Shown here: one piece after another, positions 24,913 through 39,039 of the stretch
How the letters are laid out: every line of letters begins with the position of its first letter
Position numbering within the stretch: the stretch's first letter is position 1
DNA from: Camelus dromedarius
Lineage: Eukaryota
NCBI RefSeq assembly: GCF_036321535.1
Contig: NC_087447.1
Location: forward strand, 35,156,001-35,220,000
Reading direction: 5' to 3'
Length of the DNA stretch: 64,000 nt
The notes under the pieces: model-generated
What the model was told of the DNA's origin: nothing
Databases searched by the model: none
What the model saw: the letters and a program-made list of their open reading frames with translations, nothing else
Translations under genes and position numbers: made by a program

Positions 24913-25584
24913 AAACCCATTTTTAACATGTGTACAAACTAAACCTACCTTCATATCTCCCTCTCTCTCCTTCTCTTCTCTCTCCCACTTTAATACTCTA
25001 CAAGTAAAACCCAAACCCAGATGAATTCAGCTATCTACTTTCTCTATTCCTGCACTCAGATCCCTAGAGAAAACTACACAACAAAGTTGATCTTTAATTT
25101 ATGTCAAAATGAATGCTTACCAACCTCAAATAAGCATCCACCTGACAGTAATTCTGCCTTTATTTTTTATCAAATTCTTTTTCTCACTATCTACAATGAT
25201 GATTTCAAATCTTTTCAAACATCTGACTTTCAGAGGATGATTCTGTTCTTGTTTCATTAAAAAGATAGAAGTAATCAGATGCTTCCAATGCCAAACTGAC
25301 AAATCTACATGGTTCACTACCTATCTTCTCTCTGTTACCCCTATTAAAACAGATAGCTGTCCCTCCTCCTTTCTACAGCTAATACCTTCACCTGTGCTCT
25401 GGATTCCACCCTCTCTGCTTATTACTTCTATTTTCAATATCTTCTCTACCATCAACATCTTTTTAAAGGAAAAAAAAACTTGCCTTGCCCTAATTTTCCT
25501 AATTACTGCTCTCTTTCCTTAATTTCATAGCCATTTACCTCAAAAGAGCTTTTTACACTGGTTTAAATTTCCCCAGTCTATTTA

Positions 25585-25792
25585 AGAGATTCTCAGCTAG
25601 AGGTGATTTTGCCTCCCAAGGGACATTCAGTAATGTCTGGAGGCATTTTTGATTGTCGAAACTGGTATGCTACTGGTATCTAATGAGTAGGGGTCAGGGA
25701 TGCTGCTAACACCCCACAATGCAAAGGAGAGCCCCAATAATGAAAAATTATCTGGCCCAGAAGTCAACAGTACCAAAGTAAAGAAAACCCTG
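25585..25792. mobile_element. MER20-like hAT DNA transposon relic
   Basis: ggtgattttgcctcccaagggacattcagtaatgtctggaggcatttttgattgtc...ggtcagggatgctgctaa...aattatctggccca matches recalled MER20 consensus. Confidence 0.75.
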
Positions 25793-26440
25793 GTGTACTC
25801 CAATCAAGCTTTTTCATTCCTATTACTTTATTAAACATCTCCTGCTAAGGTTATCAATGACTTCTGTCACTTTATCCTCCTGGCATTTTTAATCCCTACT
25901 TTATATGACTTTATATCAACAAACAACAGAAAACCAATCGTTTCATCTTTAAGGCATCTCCTTTCTCTTGGCTACCATGATTCCATGTTCTCTTAGTTTT
26001 TCTTTTAACTCTGGCCACCACTGTCAGTTACCTTTGTGGACTCACACATAAACTCAGTTTTTAATACTAAAATTTCTCAATACTCAATCTGCCTTCTCAC
26101 TTTATACTCTCTCCTAAGGCAAGCTCATTGAAATTCATGGCTTCGGTTACCATGTGTAAGGGATATCTATTTTCTTTGCATGTCCAATATCTCTTCCTCT
26201 TTTTTTTTATGTTTACAGAATCTCTCTTTTCCTTTTGGGAACTGCCTCTCCCTAAACTGACAGGTATCACAGTAATGGACAAGTGATCCCAGAAAGAGCA
26301 ATTATCAAGAAACTAATACGGATAAAGGGAGAGGCAGGGTCCTGATATTATAGGCTCTAAGCCTGCAGCTGCAGGAAGCCATCTTTGTTGCCCCATGGAA
26401 GATGTCCACATGAGACTGAAATCCATTAAAGTAAAAAGAT

Positions 26441-26600
26441 AGGGAGAGGGTATAGCTCAGTGACAGAGTGCATGCCTATCATACACAAGGTCCAGGGTTC
26501 AATCCCCAGTACCTCCATTAAATAAATAAACCTAATTACCCACCCCCAAAAGATAACAAAGCAAACAGAAAAAAGTAATAAAGTAATAAAATAAAATTAA
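26441..26600 (+). mobile_element. tRNA-Ala-derived SINE (Vic-1-like)
   Basis: gggagagggtatagctcagtgacagagtgcatgcc...gggttcaatccccagtacctccattaaataaataaacctaattacc with A-rich tail. Confidence 0.85.
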
Positions 26601-26616
26601 AAAGAAAAAGAGTGAA

Positions 26617-26757
26617 GTGGGGAGAGTTTAGCTCAGTAGTAGAGTGCATGCTAGGCATTAAATAACTCCATTAAATAAATAAACCTCCATTAAATCAATA
26701 AATAAACCTAATTACCTTCCTCCCAACACACAAATAAATTAAAAGAAAAGGAAAGAA
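26617..26757 (+). mobile_element. Second, internally deleted Vic-1-like SINE at the tail of the first
   Basis: ggggagagtttagctcagtagtagagtgcatgctaggcat...taaacctaattacc; flanking repeat AAAGAAAAAGAGTGAA near 26601 and 26757. Confidence 0.75.
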
Positions 26758-26929
26758 AAGAAAAAGAGTGAAAAGACAAGCCAAGATCATGGAGAGAAAA
26801 CATAGCTCTTCTAATATAGTTTGAGCACGAAGTTCAAGCCTCCTTGGCATTTCAGTTACATGAGTCAATATATCTTCTTTTTGCTTAAGTTGGCTTCTGT
26901 CGCTTTTAACCAAAAGAGTCCTAATACAC

Positions 26930-27965
26930 TGTTTTTACGCTGATGATGCTCACATTTATAACTCCAACCCAAAACTCTTATGAATTCCAGAAGGTTGTAC
27001 CCAATTGCCTTTTTCTTCTCAGATATTGCAAAGGCACCTCAAATTCAATTTCTCTATAACTGCAAACAGGATCTTCAAACCTGATTCTCTTTGAATATGC
27101 CCTTCCTCAGTGGATTATATCACCATCTATCTAACTATGCAAAACAGAAACTGAAGAATGACCTTTATCTCCCTCATTTTCCACTTCATTCCATTATCAA
27201 GACCTATGATTTTTACCACCTAAATACAGAGTATCTCAAATTTGGCCCCTTCTCTTCACCTCTATTATTACCATCCTCTCTATTCTGAGCTACTCCATAG
27301 CCTCTTCACACGTCTGCCCACATCTACTCTTGTCCTCTTCAAATCTGTTTTGTCCATTCACAGCCCCAGGAATCTTTTTAACAAGAACAACAAAAAAGAT
27401 TGTAAAACCAGTCCCTTGTTTAAGTTCCTTTAGTGGCTTTCCATAGCTCTTATAGTAAGGACCCAAACTCCTTTATAAAGAAGGCTTTCTGTGGCCTGAC
27501 CCTGCTTACTTCCTTCCTCAAGCCTCACCATGCACTTCCCTTTGCTCCCTTTGCTCTGTGCATTTCAAAAACTGACCTTTTCAGAGCCTCAGGTGCCGTC
27601 CACCTATAGCTACCTCAAGTCCCCTGCACTTGTGTTCCCTCTGCTTGGAATATTAGTCCAGCATTCCAAGTCAAGTCCTATACATTATTCAGATTAGGTC
27701 ACATTTTACTTCCTTAGGAAATCTTACCTATCCACCACCCTTGCCCCCTCCCCAAAGTAGTTAAAGTTTCTTCTATACTCTTAGGACTTTATAGTTTGTC
27801 ATCATAGCACTCGCCAAAATGTGTTGTTATATATTCACTTTTGTAATTGTTTTATTAAGTTCCTTTCTTTCACTAAACTCTATGAGGTCAAGGCCTTTAT
27901 TTTGTTCACCAGTATATTCTCAACATTTTATATAATGCCTGGCACATAGTAAGGACTTAACAATA
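26930..27965 (-). mobile_element. L2 LINE relic
   Basis: Pyrimidine-rich L2-like sequence ending in atgcctggcacatagtaaggacttaacaata. Confidence 0.6.
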
Positions 27966-28006
27966 TTAAAGGAAAGATGATAAGTGAAGATTCTATTTAA
28001 GCCTAC

Positions 28007-28130
28007 CTTAACCATAGTAGAAACTGGATGCACTCTCCTAAGATTTTTCAAAATTGATCTTACCAGATCTGTCACAGACAGTCCAATAGCCCAAGAGGTA
28101 TACCCCTTCAGCTTGATAATCTCATAGGCA
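28007..28130 (-). CDS. LDHC: LDHC coding exon 6
   Basis: AG/GT flanks; 124 nt; [41 protein letters not shown]. Confidence 0.96.
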
Positions 28131-29487
28131 CTACAGTTGTGGAAAGTAAGAAAGTCAAATTCATGAGAAGATGACACAGAGAGAACATAGTATTTTTCAA
28201 GCATCCATTACAAAGCAACCTACATGTCAATGCCACTCTTAAAATTTTTCTCAGAAATTTCTTCTTGAAGTTATTTATGAATAGGCAATAAAATTTCTAT
28301 ATTATTCTCATAAACTTCATTATTCATTTTAAATAATAATTTGCCCTTTGTTTATGATAAAGGTAGAATACTAGGTCATTTGTGCAACTCAAAATGAAAT
28401 GTGTTAATTTTTTTTTTATTGTTGTTTAAATACTTAAACAGAGAATCAGATCACCTTGAAAGTTAGCATATATAACCTGCTGACCACTTAAAATTGTTAC
28501 TAGGGTTCCAATGTAACTTTAAACTTAATATAATTATAGGCTAAGTGTACATATCAACAATATGTGGAAATACGGGGAAATGTTAATGATACATTTTCAA
28601 AGGAAAATAGTATAGTTCTAAACATGCAATTTCTTATCTCAGGCTTGAATAAAACATAATATATTTTCCTAGGAACTTTCAAATTATATCAGTCCACTAA
28701 ATTATTAATAGTGATTATTTTTGAGTGATAGGCTTACAGGTCATACTATCTTCTTTATGCTTAGGAATTTTCTTATTTTCTACAATAAATAGGTATTTTA
28801 TTTTTGCATTGCCACCAATAGCAGTCTCAGGTTTGGACTGACAGTCAAACTCAAAGGACAAAGAGGTTTTAACTTAGCACTAAGTTTATATATTTTTGAG
28901 AAAAGGATCCAGGACAAGAAACACAGAATGTACAGCATCATTATTTGTATGAGGCAGTCTTGCAACCACCTAGGCACAGTTTTAAGGCCCCAGGCCTACA
29001 TACAACACACTCAGTTGCAAAAGATAAGACTGATGTGTAAATGGACCAGCTAGGCACAGGAAAGCTGGGCCTGGACTATACTTATTGTGATGTCCTGTGA
29101 TTTGACTATCAATCCAAAACCATGGACACTATTAGAGGCACTGAAGAGTGGTATCAAAATTAAGATTAACTTTCAGATTCTTAATTCAATATAACCAAGA
29201 CTCTGTGGGGTAAGTAAAAGGAAAGGGAGGAAGGTTTTGCCTAGTAATTGATTGATTGGTGATGCATGAATTGAAGAAAGCTCTGCAGTAGGTAACTGGG
29301 GACAAATCTTTCCAATGGAATCTGGATGACACGTTTGTCCTGTCAGGAGTTAACAAAAATAGCTTGAGAAAGAAAAGAGGGTTGAAAAAAAATGGATAAA
29401 AACACAATCCTTTAGTAGTTATTAACCATCCTAATGAAATGAAAACTGCTGGTGTAAAATGAAGATAAAGAACGAAAACCATTTTTA

Positions 29488-31031
29488 TATACAGAAAACC
29501 CTCCATACAAAAACTACCAGAGCTGATAGACAAATTCAGCAAGGTAGCCAGTTACAAAATTAATATACAGAATTCCACTGCATTTCTTTACACGAATAAT
29601 GAAATACCAGAAAGATAAAGTAAAAAAAAGCAATCCCTTTTAAAATTGCATCAAAAAATAAAATACTTAGGAATAAACCTGACCAAGGAGGTAAAAGACT
29701 TATACGCTGAAAATTATAAAACACTGATAAAGGAAATTAAAGATGATTTAAAGAAGTGGAAAGATATCCCATGCTCTTGGATTGGAAGAATTAATATTGT
29801 TAAAATGGACATACTACCCAAAGCAGTCTACAGATTTAATGGAACCCCTATCAAATTACCCATGACATTTTCCACAGAACTAGAAGGAACAATCCTACAA
29901 TTTGTATGGAATCACAAAAGACCCAGAATTGCTAAAGCAATACTGAAGAAAAGGAATGAAGCTGCAGGCATAATCCTCCCAGACTTCAGACAATACTACA
30001 AGGCTACATAATTAAAACAGCATGGTACTAGCATAAAAACAGACATATGGATCAACGGAACAGAACAGAGTGCCCAGAAATAAACCCATACACCTACGAT
30101 CAATTAATCTTTAACAAAGGAGGCAGGAATATACAATGGAGAAAAGACAGTTTCTTCAGCAAGTGGTGCTAGGCAAGTTGGACAGCCGTATGTTAATCAA
30201 TGCAGTTAGAACACTCCTTCCCACCATGCACAAAAACAAACTCAAAATGGCTTAAAGACTTAAATATAAGATAGGACACTGTAAATCTCCTACAAGAAAA
30301 CAGATAAAACATTCTCTGACATAAATCATAGCAATGTTTTTCTAGGTCAGTCTACCAAGGCAATAGAAATAAAAGCAAAAATAAACAAATGGGATCTAAT
30401 TAAACTTACAAGCTTCTGCAAAGCAAAGGAAACCATAAACAAAACAAAAAGACAACCTAGACAACCTATGGACTAGAAGAAAATATTTGCAAATGATGCA
30501 ACTGATAAGGGCTTAACTTCCAGAATATACAAACAGCTTATACAACTCAATAACAAAAACATAAACAACCCAGTCAAAACATGGGCAGAAGACCTAAATA
30601 AACATTTCTACAATGAAGACAAACAGACAGCCAATAGGCACATGAAAAGATGTTCAATATCACTAATTACTAGAGAAATGCAAATCAAAACCACAAGAAG
30701 GTATCACCTCACATCAGTCAGAATGGCCATCATTAAAAAGTCCACAAACAATAAATAGTGGAAAAGGTGTGGAGAGAAAGAACCCTACTCCACTGTTGGT
30801 AGGAATGTAATTTGGTGCAACCACTAAAGAAAACAGTATGGAGATTTCTTAAAAAACTAAAAATAGACTTATCATATGATACAGCAATCCCACTCATGGG
30901 CATATATCCAGAGATAACTCCAATTTGAAAAGACACATGGACCCCATTGTTCATAGCAGCACTATTTACAATAGCCAGGGCATGGAAGCAACCTAAATGT
31001 CCATCAACAGATGAATGGATAAAGAAGATGT

Positions 31032-31073
<42 letters not shown>

Positions 31074-31530
31074 CACATACAGTGGAAAACTACTCAGCCA
31101 TAAAAAGAATGAAATAAGATGTCATTGGCAGCAACATGGATGGACCTGGAGATTATCATACTAAGTGAAATAAGTCAGACAGAGAAAGACAAATATCATA
31201 TGATATCACTTACACGTGGAACCAAAATCAAAATGACACAAATGAACATATTTACAAAACAGAAAGAGACTTGTAGATACAGAAAACAAATTTATGGTTA
31301 CCAAAGTGGAAAGTGGGGGGGGAGGGATAAATTGAGTTTGGGATTAACGGATACAAACTATAACAGAACAGATAAACAAGGTCCTACTATATAGCACAGG
31401 GACCTGTATTCAATAACTTGTAATAACCTATATTGAAAAAAATATATGTACATATATAACTGAATCACTATGCTGTACACCAGAAACTAACACAACATTG
31501 AAAATCAACCATACGTCAATAAAAATAAAA
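29488..31530 (+). mobile_element. Relatively young 5'-truncated L1 (ORF2 C-terminal part and 3' UTR)
   Basis: ORF 29646-30011 [50 protein letters not shown] is L1 ORF2; AATAAA and A tail near 31520. Confidence 0.92.
31034..31069. repeat. (TA)n microsatellite inside L1
   Basis: About 18 perfect TA units. Confidence 0.9.
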
Positions 31531-33349
31531 AATTCTTAAAAGAACAAGCAGTTTTAAGGCTGATATTTTAAGATGAAAAATGACAAATATTGTAAACTAA
31601 ATGCTTTATTCAGAACCTGGAAGCACATCCTATTAAATCATGATATCACTCCCCTGCAATTGCTGGTTAGGCACTGGAAAACTGGAGGCTATAATTTAAA
31701 ATAATTGAGTCATTTTTAGATAAACATTAGCAGTATCCTGAGGATTCTTTATAATTATAGATCCTCTGCTAAATGACCAAGGGGTAAATGCATTTTGGAT
31801 ACTGCATTATTGAGAGGACTTATTGGAATGAGTACTGATCTGTAATGTGCTACAGTATTTAGTATTCAAATCACAAAGGACTTCAGTGGAAAATGTTATC
31901 TTAATCATTACTTCCTTATGGCAATAGTATTTCAAGTTAACAAGAAAATAACCATAGTACAATTACCAGGGCTTGGACAGACAAAAGGCTAACAGCGTGA
32001 CATCCCTATAAGAAGTTGATGGGCTATTCCATGACATTTGGAAACCAATATTGGCTATAACATGTTTCTCCATAGCTGTGTTATGGTTGTGCCTCCAGAT
32101 CAGGTAGATTCCTGCATTTACTAGGAGATGGCCTCTAATAGCCCCTATAGCTGGAAATACATGGTATATGGGTAAGGGACATTTTTGTTGAGGAAGATAA
32201 AAAATGATACTGTAACATGTTTCATTTGCTAGGCATTAATTTAATCTCCATCCAAAGCTCTGTGGCATAACAAAGGGTGTGTAGGTGCCCTTAAGGAAAT
32301 TTAAGAAAATGAAATATATCAGTAACAATTATCAACGTGAAAAGACACTTTGGGAAATTGACCTAAAACTTCCAATTGATGTGATCCCTATGGAAACAGT
32401 TTGACTAGAAGAGGAAATACATTTGCTTTAGAGATTAAATATTGAACACACAAGTAAATATCAATAACTTGCAATATTTCAAACTATCAATAACTTTTAA
32501 TAAGGTACAAATGACAGCAAATAAAAGGGCAAAATAAGATAGTACAATTAGTTAAGAACTGCCAAAACATCTAGGGAGGAATTCTGGTTACCTACTGGAT
32601 CTTATAGATCCTGGTTGTTATAAGTATACTAACTTATCTTTTTTATGTATAAAATATTAGGACATGTTTGTCACAGGAACTATGAGGAAAATATGGTGCA
32701 TAGATAATCACTCAGGTCATGGTGGAGTATCATGGGTAAAGGGTTAACAGCAGGTATGGACCCTTTCCAAAAAGGCAAGAGTATCTGGGAAGATGACTTC
32801 GAGATTGCTTTTTCACAAAACAGTTTTCTAGGTAAAAAAAAAAAAAAAAAAATTAAATACTGATGGATTCTGGGAATATGGAGAAGTAGGAAGCACCATG
32901 AATCTCTCTCCCCACCTAGACAGTAATTGTATTGCCAGAATCTGTCTGATATAACTTTGGGGGGAACTCTGGAGTCTTCTGAAAACCTGAAAATTCCAGG
33001 GGAAGGCTTGCTGTTAAATTGTGGTTAATTTTAGCCAATATCAGTTCTTAGCACGGTAGCAGCTGTTTATGGTACCCAAAGCAGCTTGTGCACAGCCTGC
33101 AAAAAAAACCTTTTCCTCCAAATATCAGTGATCTGTTCTCTAACGGCTGATTACTGCTTCTGATAACAGAGGTGCAGACAAAAGAATTTAAAGGGCAGGC
33201 ACACTTTCCTTCTTCCCTTATTATTTCTTTTCCCTCTTTTGAGAGACAAACATTAAAGTCTAGAATATACATAAGCAACTGCATATTTGGGGGAAATTAG
33301 AAAGTAACTACATATGCCCAAGGAAAAGCACAAGCTCAGACACTTCTTA

Positions 33350-35710
33350 ACTCATTCAATGATGCTAGCATCACCCTGATACCAAGGCCAGACAAAGTCA
33401 CTATAAGAAAAGAAAACTACAGACCATTATCCCTTATGAATACTGATGCAAAAATCCTCAACAAAATACTAGCAAACCAAATTCAGCAGTATATTTTACA
33501 GATTACACACCATGACCAAGTGGGATTTATTCCTGGAAATGCAAGGATGGCTCAACATACCAAAATCCATCAATGTACTACACCACATTAAAAGAATAAT
33601 GGAGGAAAACCACATTATCATCTCAAATGATGTAGAAAAATCATTTGACAAAATTTAACAGTTTTTCATGATAAAAACATTCAAGAAGCTAGGAATAGAA
33701 GAAAACTACCTCAACATAATAATATATCTACTTACAGATAACATGATCTTATGCAGAAAACCATAAAGATTCCACATACACAAAAAAACTGCTTAATTAA
33801 TAAACGAATTCAGCAAAGTAGGAGGATACAAAGTTAACATTAAAAATTGCATTTCTATATAATAACAATAAACAATCTGAAAATGAAATTAAGAAAACAA
33901 GCCCCTTTACAGTAACATCAAAAATAAAAACTACTTAGGAAATGACTTAACCAAGGAGGTGAAAGACTTGTACAATGAAAACCACAAAACACTGCTGAAA
34001 GAAATTAAAGACATAAACAAAAGGAAATACATCCTATGTTCATGGATTGGAGAGTTAGTATTATTAAGATGTCAATACTACCCAAAATCATCTATAGATT
34101 CACTGAAATCCCCATCAAATTCCCAAAGATATTTTTTGCGGAAATAGAAAAACTCACCCTAAAATTCATATGGAATCTCAAGAGACTCTGAAAAGCCAAA
34201 ACGATCTTGAAAAAGAAGAACAAAGCTGAAGGACTCACACTTCTGATTTCAAAACTTACTACAAAAGCTACAGTAATCAAAACAGTGTAGTACTGGCATC
34301 AAGACAAACATATAGACCAGAGGGATAGAATAGAAAGCCCAGAAACAAACCTACATTTCAATGGTCAATTGATTTTCAACAAATGTGCCAAGACCACACT
34401 CATTGAAAACGACAGTTTTTTCAACAAATGGTGCTAGGGAAACGATATCCACATGCAAATGATTAAAGTTGTACCCTTACCTAATATTTACAAAAATTAA
34501 CTCAAAATGAATCAAAGATCTGAATGCAAGACCTATGACTCTCTTACATGAAAACATAAGGCAAAAGCTTCATGACACTGCATTTGGCAATGATTTCTTG
34601 GATAGAATACCAATGGCAACAAAAGAAAAAAAAAGACAAATGGACTTTAAGAACAACTTTTAATTTTTTGTACGTCAAAAGACACTATGAAAAGAGTAAA
34701 AAAAAAGAACCTACAGAATGGAAAATATTTGTAAATTATCTGAAAAAAGACTAATATACAGAATACAGAAAGGACTCTTAAAACTCAACAACAGTAAAAA
34801 CAAACAACCCAATTCAAAAATGTGCAAAATACTTGAATAGACATTTCTCTAAAGAAGATATACAGATGGCCTATAAGCACATAACAAACTGTTCATCACT
34901 AATCAAGGAAATGCAAATCAGAGCTACAATGAAACACTACCTCACATCCATTAGGATGGCTACTATCAAACAGAAAATAACAAGTATTGGTGACAATGTG
35001 GAGAAACTGGAGTCCCTGTACACTGTTGGTGGGAATGTAAAATGATATAGCCACTGTGGAAAATAGTATGGTGGTTCCTCAAAAAAGTAAAAATAGAATT
35101 ACCATATGATGCAACAATTCCACTTATGGGTATATACCCAAAAGAACTGAAAGCAGGGTCTTGAAGAGATATTTGTATACCCATGTTCATAGCAGCATTA
35201 TTCACAATAGCTAAAGCATGAAAGCAAACCAAGTGTCCATTGGCAGATGAATGGATAAGCAATATGTGGGGTGTGTGTGTATATATATTCACACACACAC
35301 ACACAATGGAATATTATTCAGCCTTTAAAAGTAAGGAAACTGACATATGCTATAACATGGATGAACCTTAAGGATATTATGCTAAGTGAAATAAGTCAGT
35401 CACAAAAAGACAAATACTGTATGATCCCACTTACATGAGGTAATTGGAGTGGTCAAACCATAGAAGCAGAAAGTAGCATTGTGGTGGCGAGGGCCTCAGG
35501 AGAGAAGGTAAAGGGGAGGGATTGTTTCATGGATATAGAATTTCAGTTTTACAATATGAAAGGAGTTAGGAGAGGGATGGTAGTGATGGTTACACAAGAT
35601 TATTAATGGTTTTAATACCACTGAACTTAAAATCACTTAAAATGATTAAGATCGTATATAATATGTTACGTATATTTTATCATAATAAAAATCAGAAAAA
35701 ATAAAATAAA
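33350..35710 (+). mobile_element. Degenerate L1 (ORF2 RT region to 3' UTR, with internal deletions)
   Basis: Encodes [26 protein letters not shown] and HDQVGFIPG motifs; L1M 3' UTR and A tail. Confidence 0.9.
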
Positions 35711-37113
35711 TACATAAATTATTTAAGATAAATGTGGAATAGTAACCATAACCTTAACAGAACAAGGTTATCAGCATTGTATATTATGTAACACTTGACT
35801 TCTGCATTGCACCAGGACTAGAAGACCTGGCACAAGCATGCAGATCCTGAGGGCTATGGGACAAGAATGGTATTAAAACTTGTTGGTAAACAAATGCTGT
35901 GGCTTCCTATGCTGAGGTCTGCCCTCATCATTTACAACTAGGTATGCCTCATGTAGTGATAGGGCCTGGAAGCTATACCTGAGCATTTGCAACACCTCCT
36001 AAAGAAAATGCAATATTCCATACTGTGTTTTCTATCCAGTATCATTTGACTAAGCTAGATAAACTTAACTCTAGATTAAAGCCTATTATATATACTGTGA
36101 ATTTGAGTCTGAACTCCAGACCACTATCTGTAGCCATGTACTTATTTTATTTTTTTATAACTGTGGTAAAATTTGCCATTTAAACCATTTTAAGCATACA
36201 GTTCAATGACATTAAGTACATAATATACCACTATCACCACCATCCTTTCCAGAACTCTTTCATCTTCCCAAAATGAAACTCTATACCCATTAAAGTGGTC
36301 ATGTGCTTCAATAATCAGAAAATAATATAATTTATTTTTAAACCAAATGTCATTTATAAAACTAACCCATAATCACCTTTTTGTTATATTGTGTGCCTTT
36401 CTAGTCTCTACCCTAACTCTTAAAGATTTTTGTAAGGCTGTTATCATAAATATACATTCAGTAGACTTGTGGCTTTTGTAGATTTAATGTTCTAGTTCTG
36501 AATATCCAAAAGTGATTTCTAAGTTACTAATATGTATCTTGGCTAAAGCATGAAGGAGAATCATGCTGTTAAGGTGATGTATATGAAGTCAGGGTCTTCA
36601 TTTATAAGTAAACCTAGTTAACTTCTGATCATCTGCATCAGTTTCATGTTTCTTTTCATCAAGTCTTCTGATGAACACTTAATAAGTTCAAGGTACCATT
36701 TTACATGTACTAAGTCATTTACCCTTCATAATAGCCCTCAAAGGTAGGCTCTATCACTACCCCATTTTTGAATATGAGAAAACTGACTTTTGATATTTTA
36801 AATAAACTCCCAATACCACACCACTAATAAATGGTGAAGTTAGGTTTGAAAAAACCTGGGCAACCTGGTTCCAAGGTCCATGCTCCTAATTACTACCCTA
36901 TTTTGCCCTCAAACACTTATGAAGTGAAAACTACATCTTTTCTATTGACAAATGCCCCCATAAGAAAGCTATGCATTATGTAAGTCTGAATTTGTATACT
37001 TACAGAATGTTATTTATCTCACAAAAGCAAAGATAATTTATATACTTTTGTCTGTGAACTTTGTTCTTAAGATTGATTATTAAGGCATTAAGAAAATGAA
37101 TGAGTACTGTTAC

Positions 37114-37231
37114 CTTCCAACAACTTGTTGATGGATATTTTTCCAGTGGTCCTTGTCAGAATCAGTTCCTAATTTAGGGTCTAGAGTCTTCAGAGCAACA
37201 CCAGCAACATTTACTCCACTCCATAAGGGCA
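37114..37231 (-). CDS. LDHC: LDHC coding exon 5
   Basis: 118 nt, [44 protein letters not shown]. Confidence 0.96.
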
Positions 37232-38421
37232 CTAAAAGAACAAAATCTCAGAATAAACTCTCCTTGCCAGTACTGCATCAGTTGTTGAAGTTCAGTGGGT
37301 TGTTTTTTTATATAAAATTAGGTTACAATCTTACACCATATATAAAAATAAGTTTCAAATGGACAAAAGAGGGAAATGCATAACATAAAATTATAAAATA
37401 TTAGAAAATACATAGTAGAATTTATTTGTAATTGTGTGACATTTTAGGAGACATTTTAAAGCAAGATACACACATGGAATCCATAAAGAAAATAATCTGT
37501 AAGAAATGATAAAATATTACAAGCAAAGAGAGAAAAGAATAATAAATTAATACCATATTATTAAATCATACATGGTTTTTCAAAATAAAATCATGGAATA
37601 TTAAATGGGAGAAATTAAAACATATCTGGGAAAATAATTTTCAGGATGAAGGGCTGAGTAAAGACAATAACACAAGCCAACAAGGTCAAATTAAGGCACT
37701 GGTCAAAGAAATATTTGTTTAAGTCAAATCAAATGTATTTATAATACTACAACCCTTGAAACATAAAGAGAAGGGCTCATTAAATATTTTGAATAAACGA
37801 ATGATTGAATGAATGAACAAATGGAGCCTATTTTCAACAGGTTTATTGGCATTATGGAAAGAAGATTTACACATATATAACATAATTAGAGAACACTGTA
37901 AGTATGAAGTTCTAATCATGTAGTACAGATTAAATGTTTCAGTTAAAAGAAAATGGTTGGTGTGATCCAAGTAATAGTTTAAGTCACATATTAAACAATA
38001 TTATTTCTATGAAAAGTCTGGAATAAACAAATCTACAGAGTGAGAAAGTAGACTAATGGTTGCCTGGAACTAGGGTTGGGGTGAGTGCAGGAGTGAGTTT
38101 TTTGGGGTGTTAAAAATTTTCTATAGTTAGATTGCGGTGATGGTTGCACAACTCTATGAATATACTAAAACCCAGTGAATTATACACTTTAAATGGGTAA
38201 ATTTTATGGGATGTGTATTATATCTTAAAAACTCTGTTTTAAAGATCACAATAAATGAAAGTGCTCCAGAAAAGAGAAACACTCACTGACTTTCAAAATA
38301 GCTATACACTTTATGCACTATTTTGTAAGAGGTAGCTAAATCAATGACACAAAAGACCGAAAGTAAAGGAATAGAAAAAGATACACCAGGAAAGTATCAA
38401 TAAAATGAAAGTGTGCAGCTA

Positions 38422-38766
<345 letters not shown>

Positions 38767-39039
38767 TTAGAATCAAAAAAAAAAAAGTTCAAAGTGAAGC
38801 AAATACAAAGTTAAAAGAGGAGCAAATCAACAAAGAAATATGGATAATCTGTCACATAGGTTTTTAAAAGGTTAAATTATTCACTATCAGAATTTTAAAG
38901 CAAAAAATTTTTTGCAATGTTGTATGTGCCTATCTGTATATTTAATAATCAGTGAATTATACCTCCTTAAGAGTACCTGGATTTTTCCTCTCCATCACCA
39001 CAGCCTTATCTAAGCTATCAGAATCTCCTACTTAGAATA

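Larger units (their letters stand above)
26170..26927 (+). mobile_element. MLT1-like MaLR LTR interrupted by two SINEs
   Basis: MLT1-type 3' end (ttcagttacatgagtcaatata...tttttgcttaag...ttctgtcgcttttaaccaaaagagtcctaa). Confidence 0.6.

Noticed and set aside
29646..30011. 121-aa ORF with reverse-transcriptase-like sequence
   Set aside because: Fragment of a truncated L1 ORF2, not a host gene or an active element
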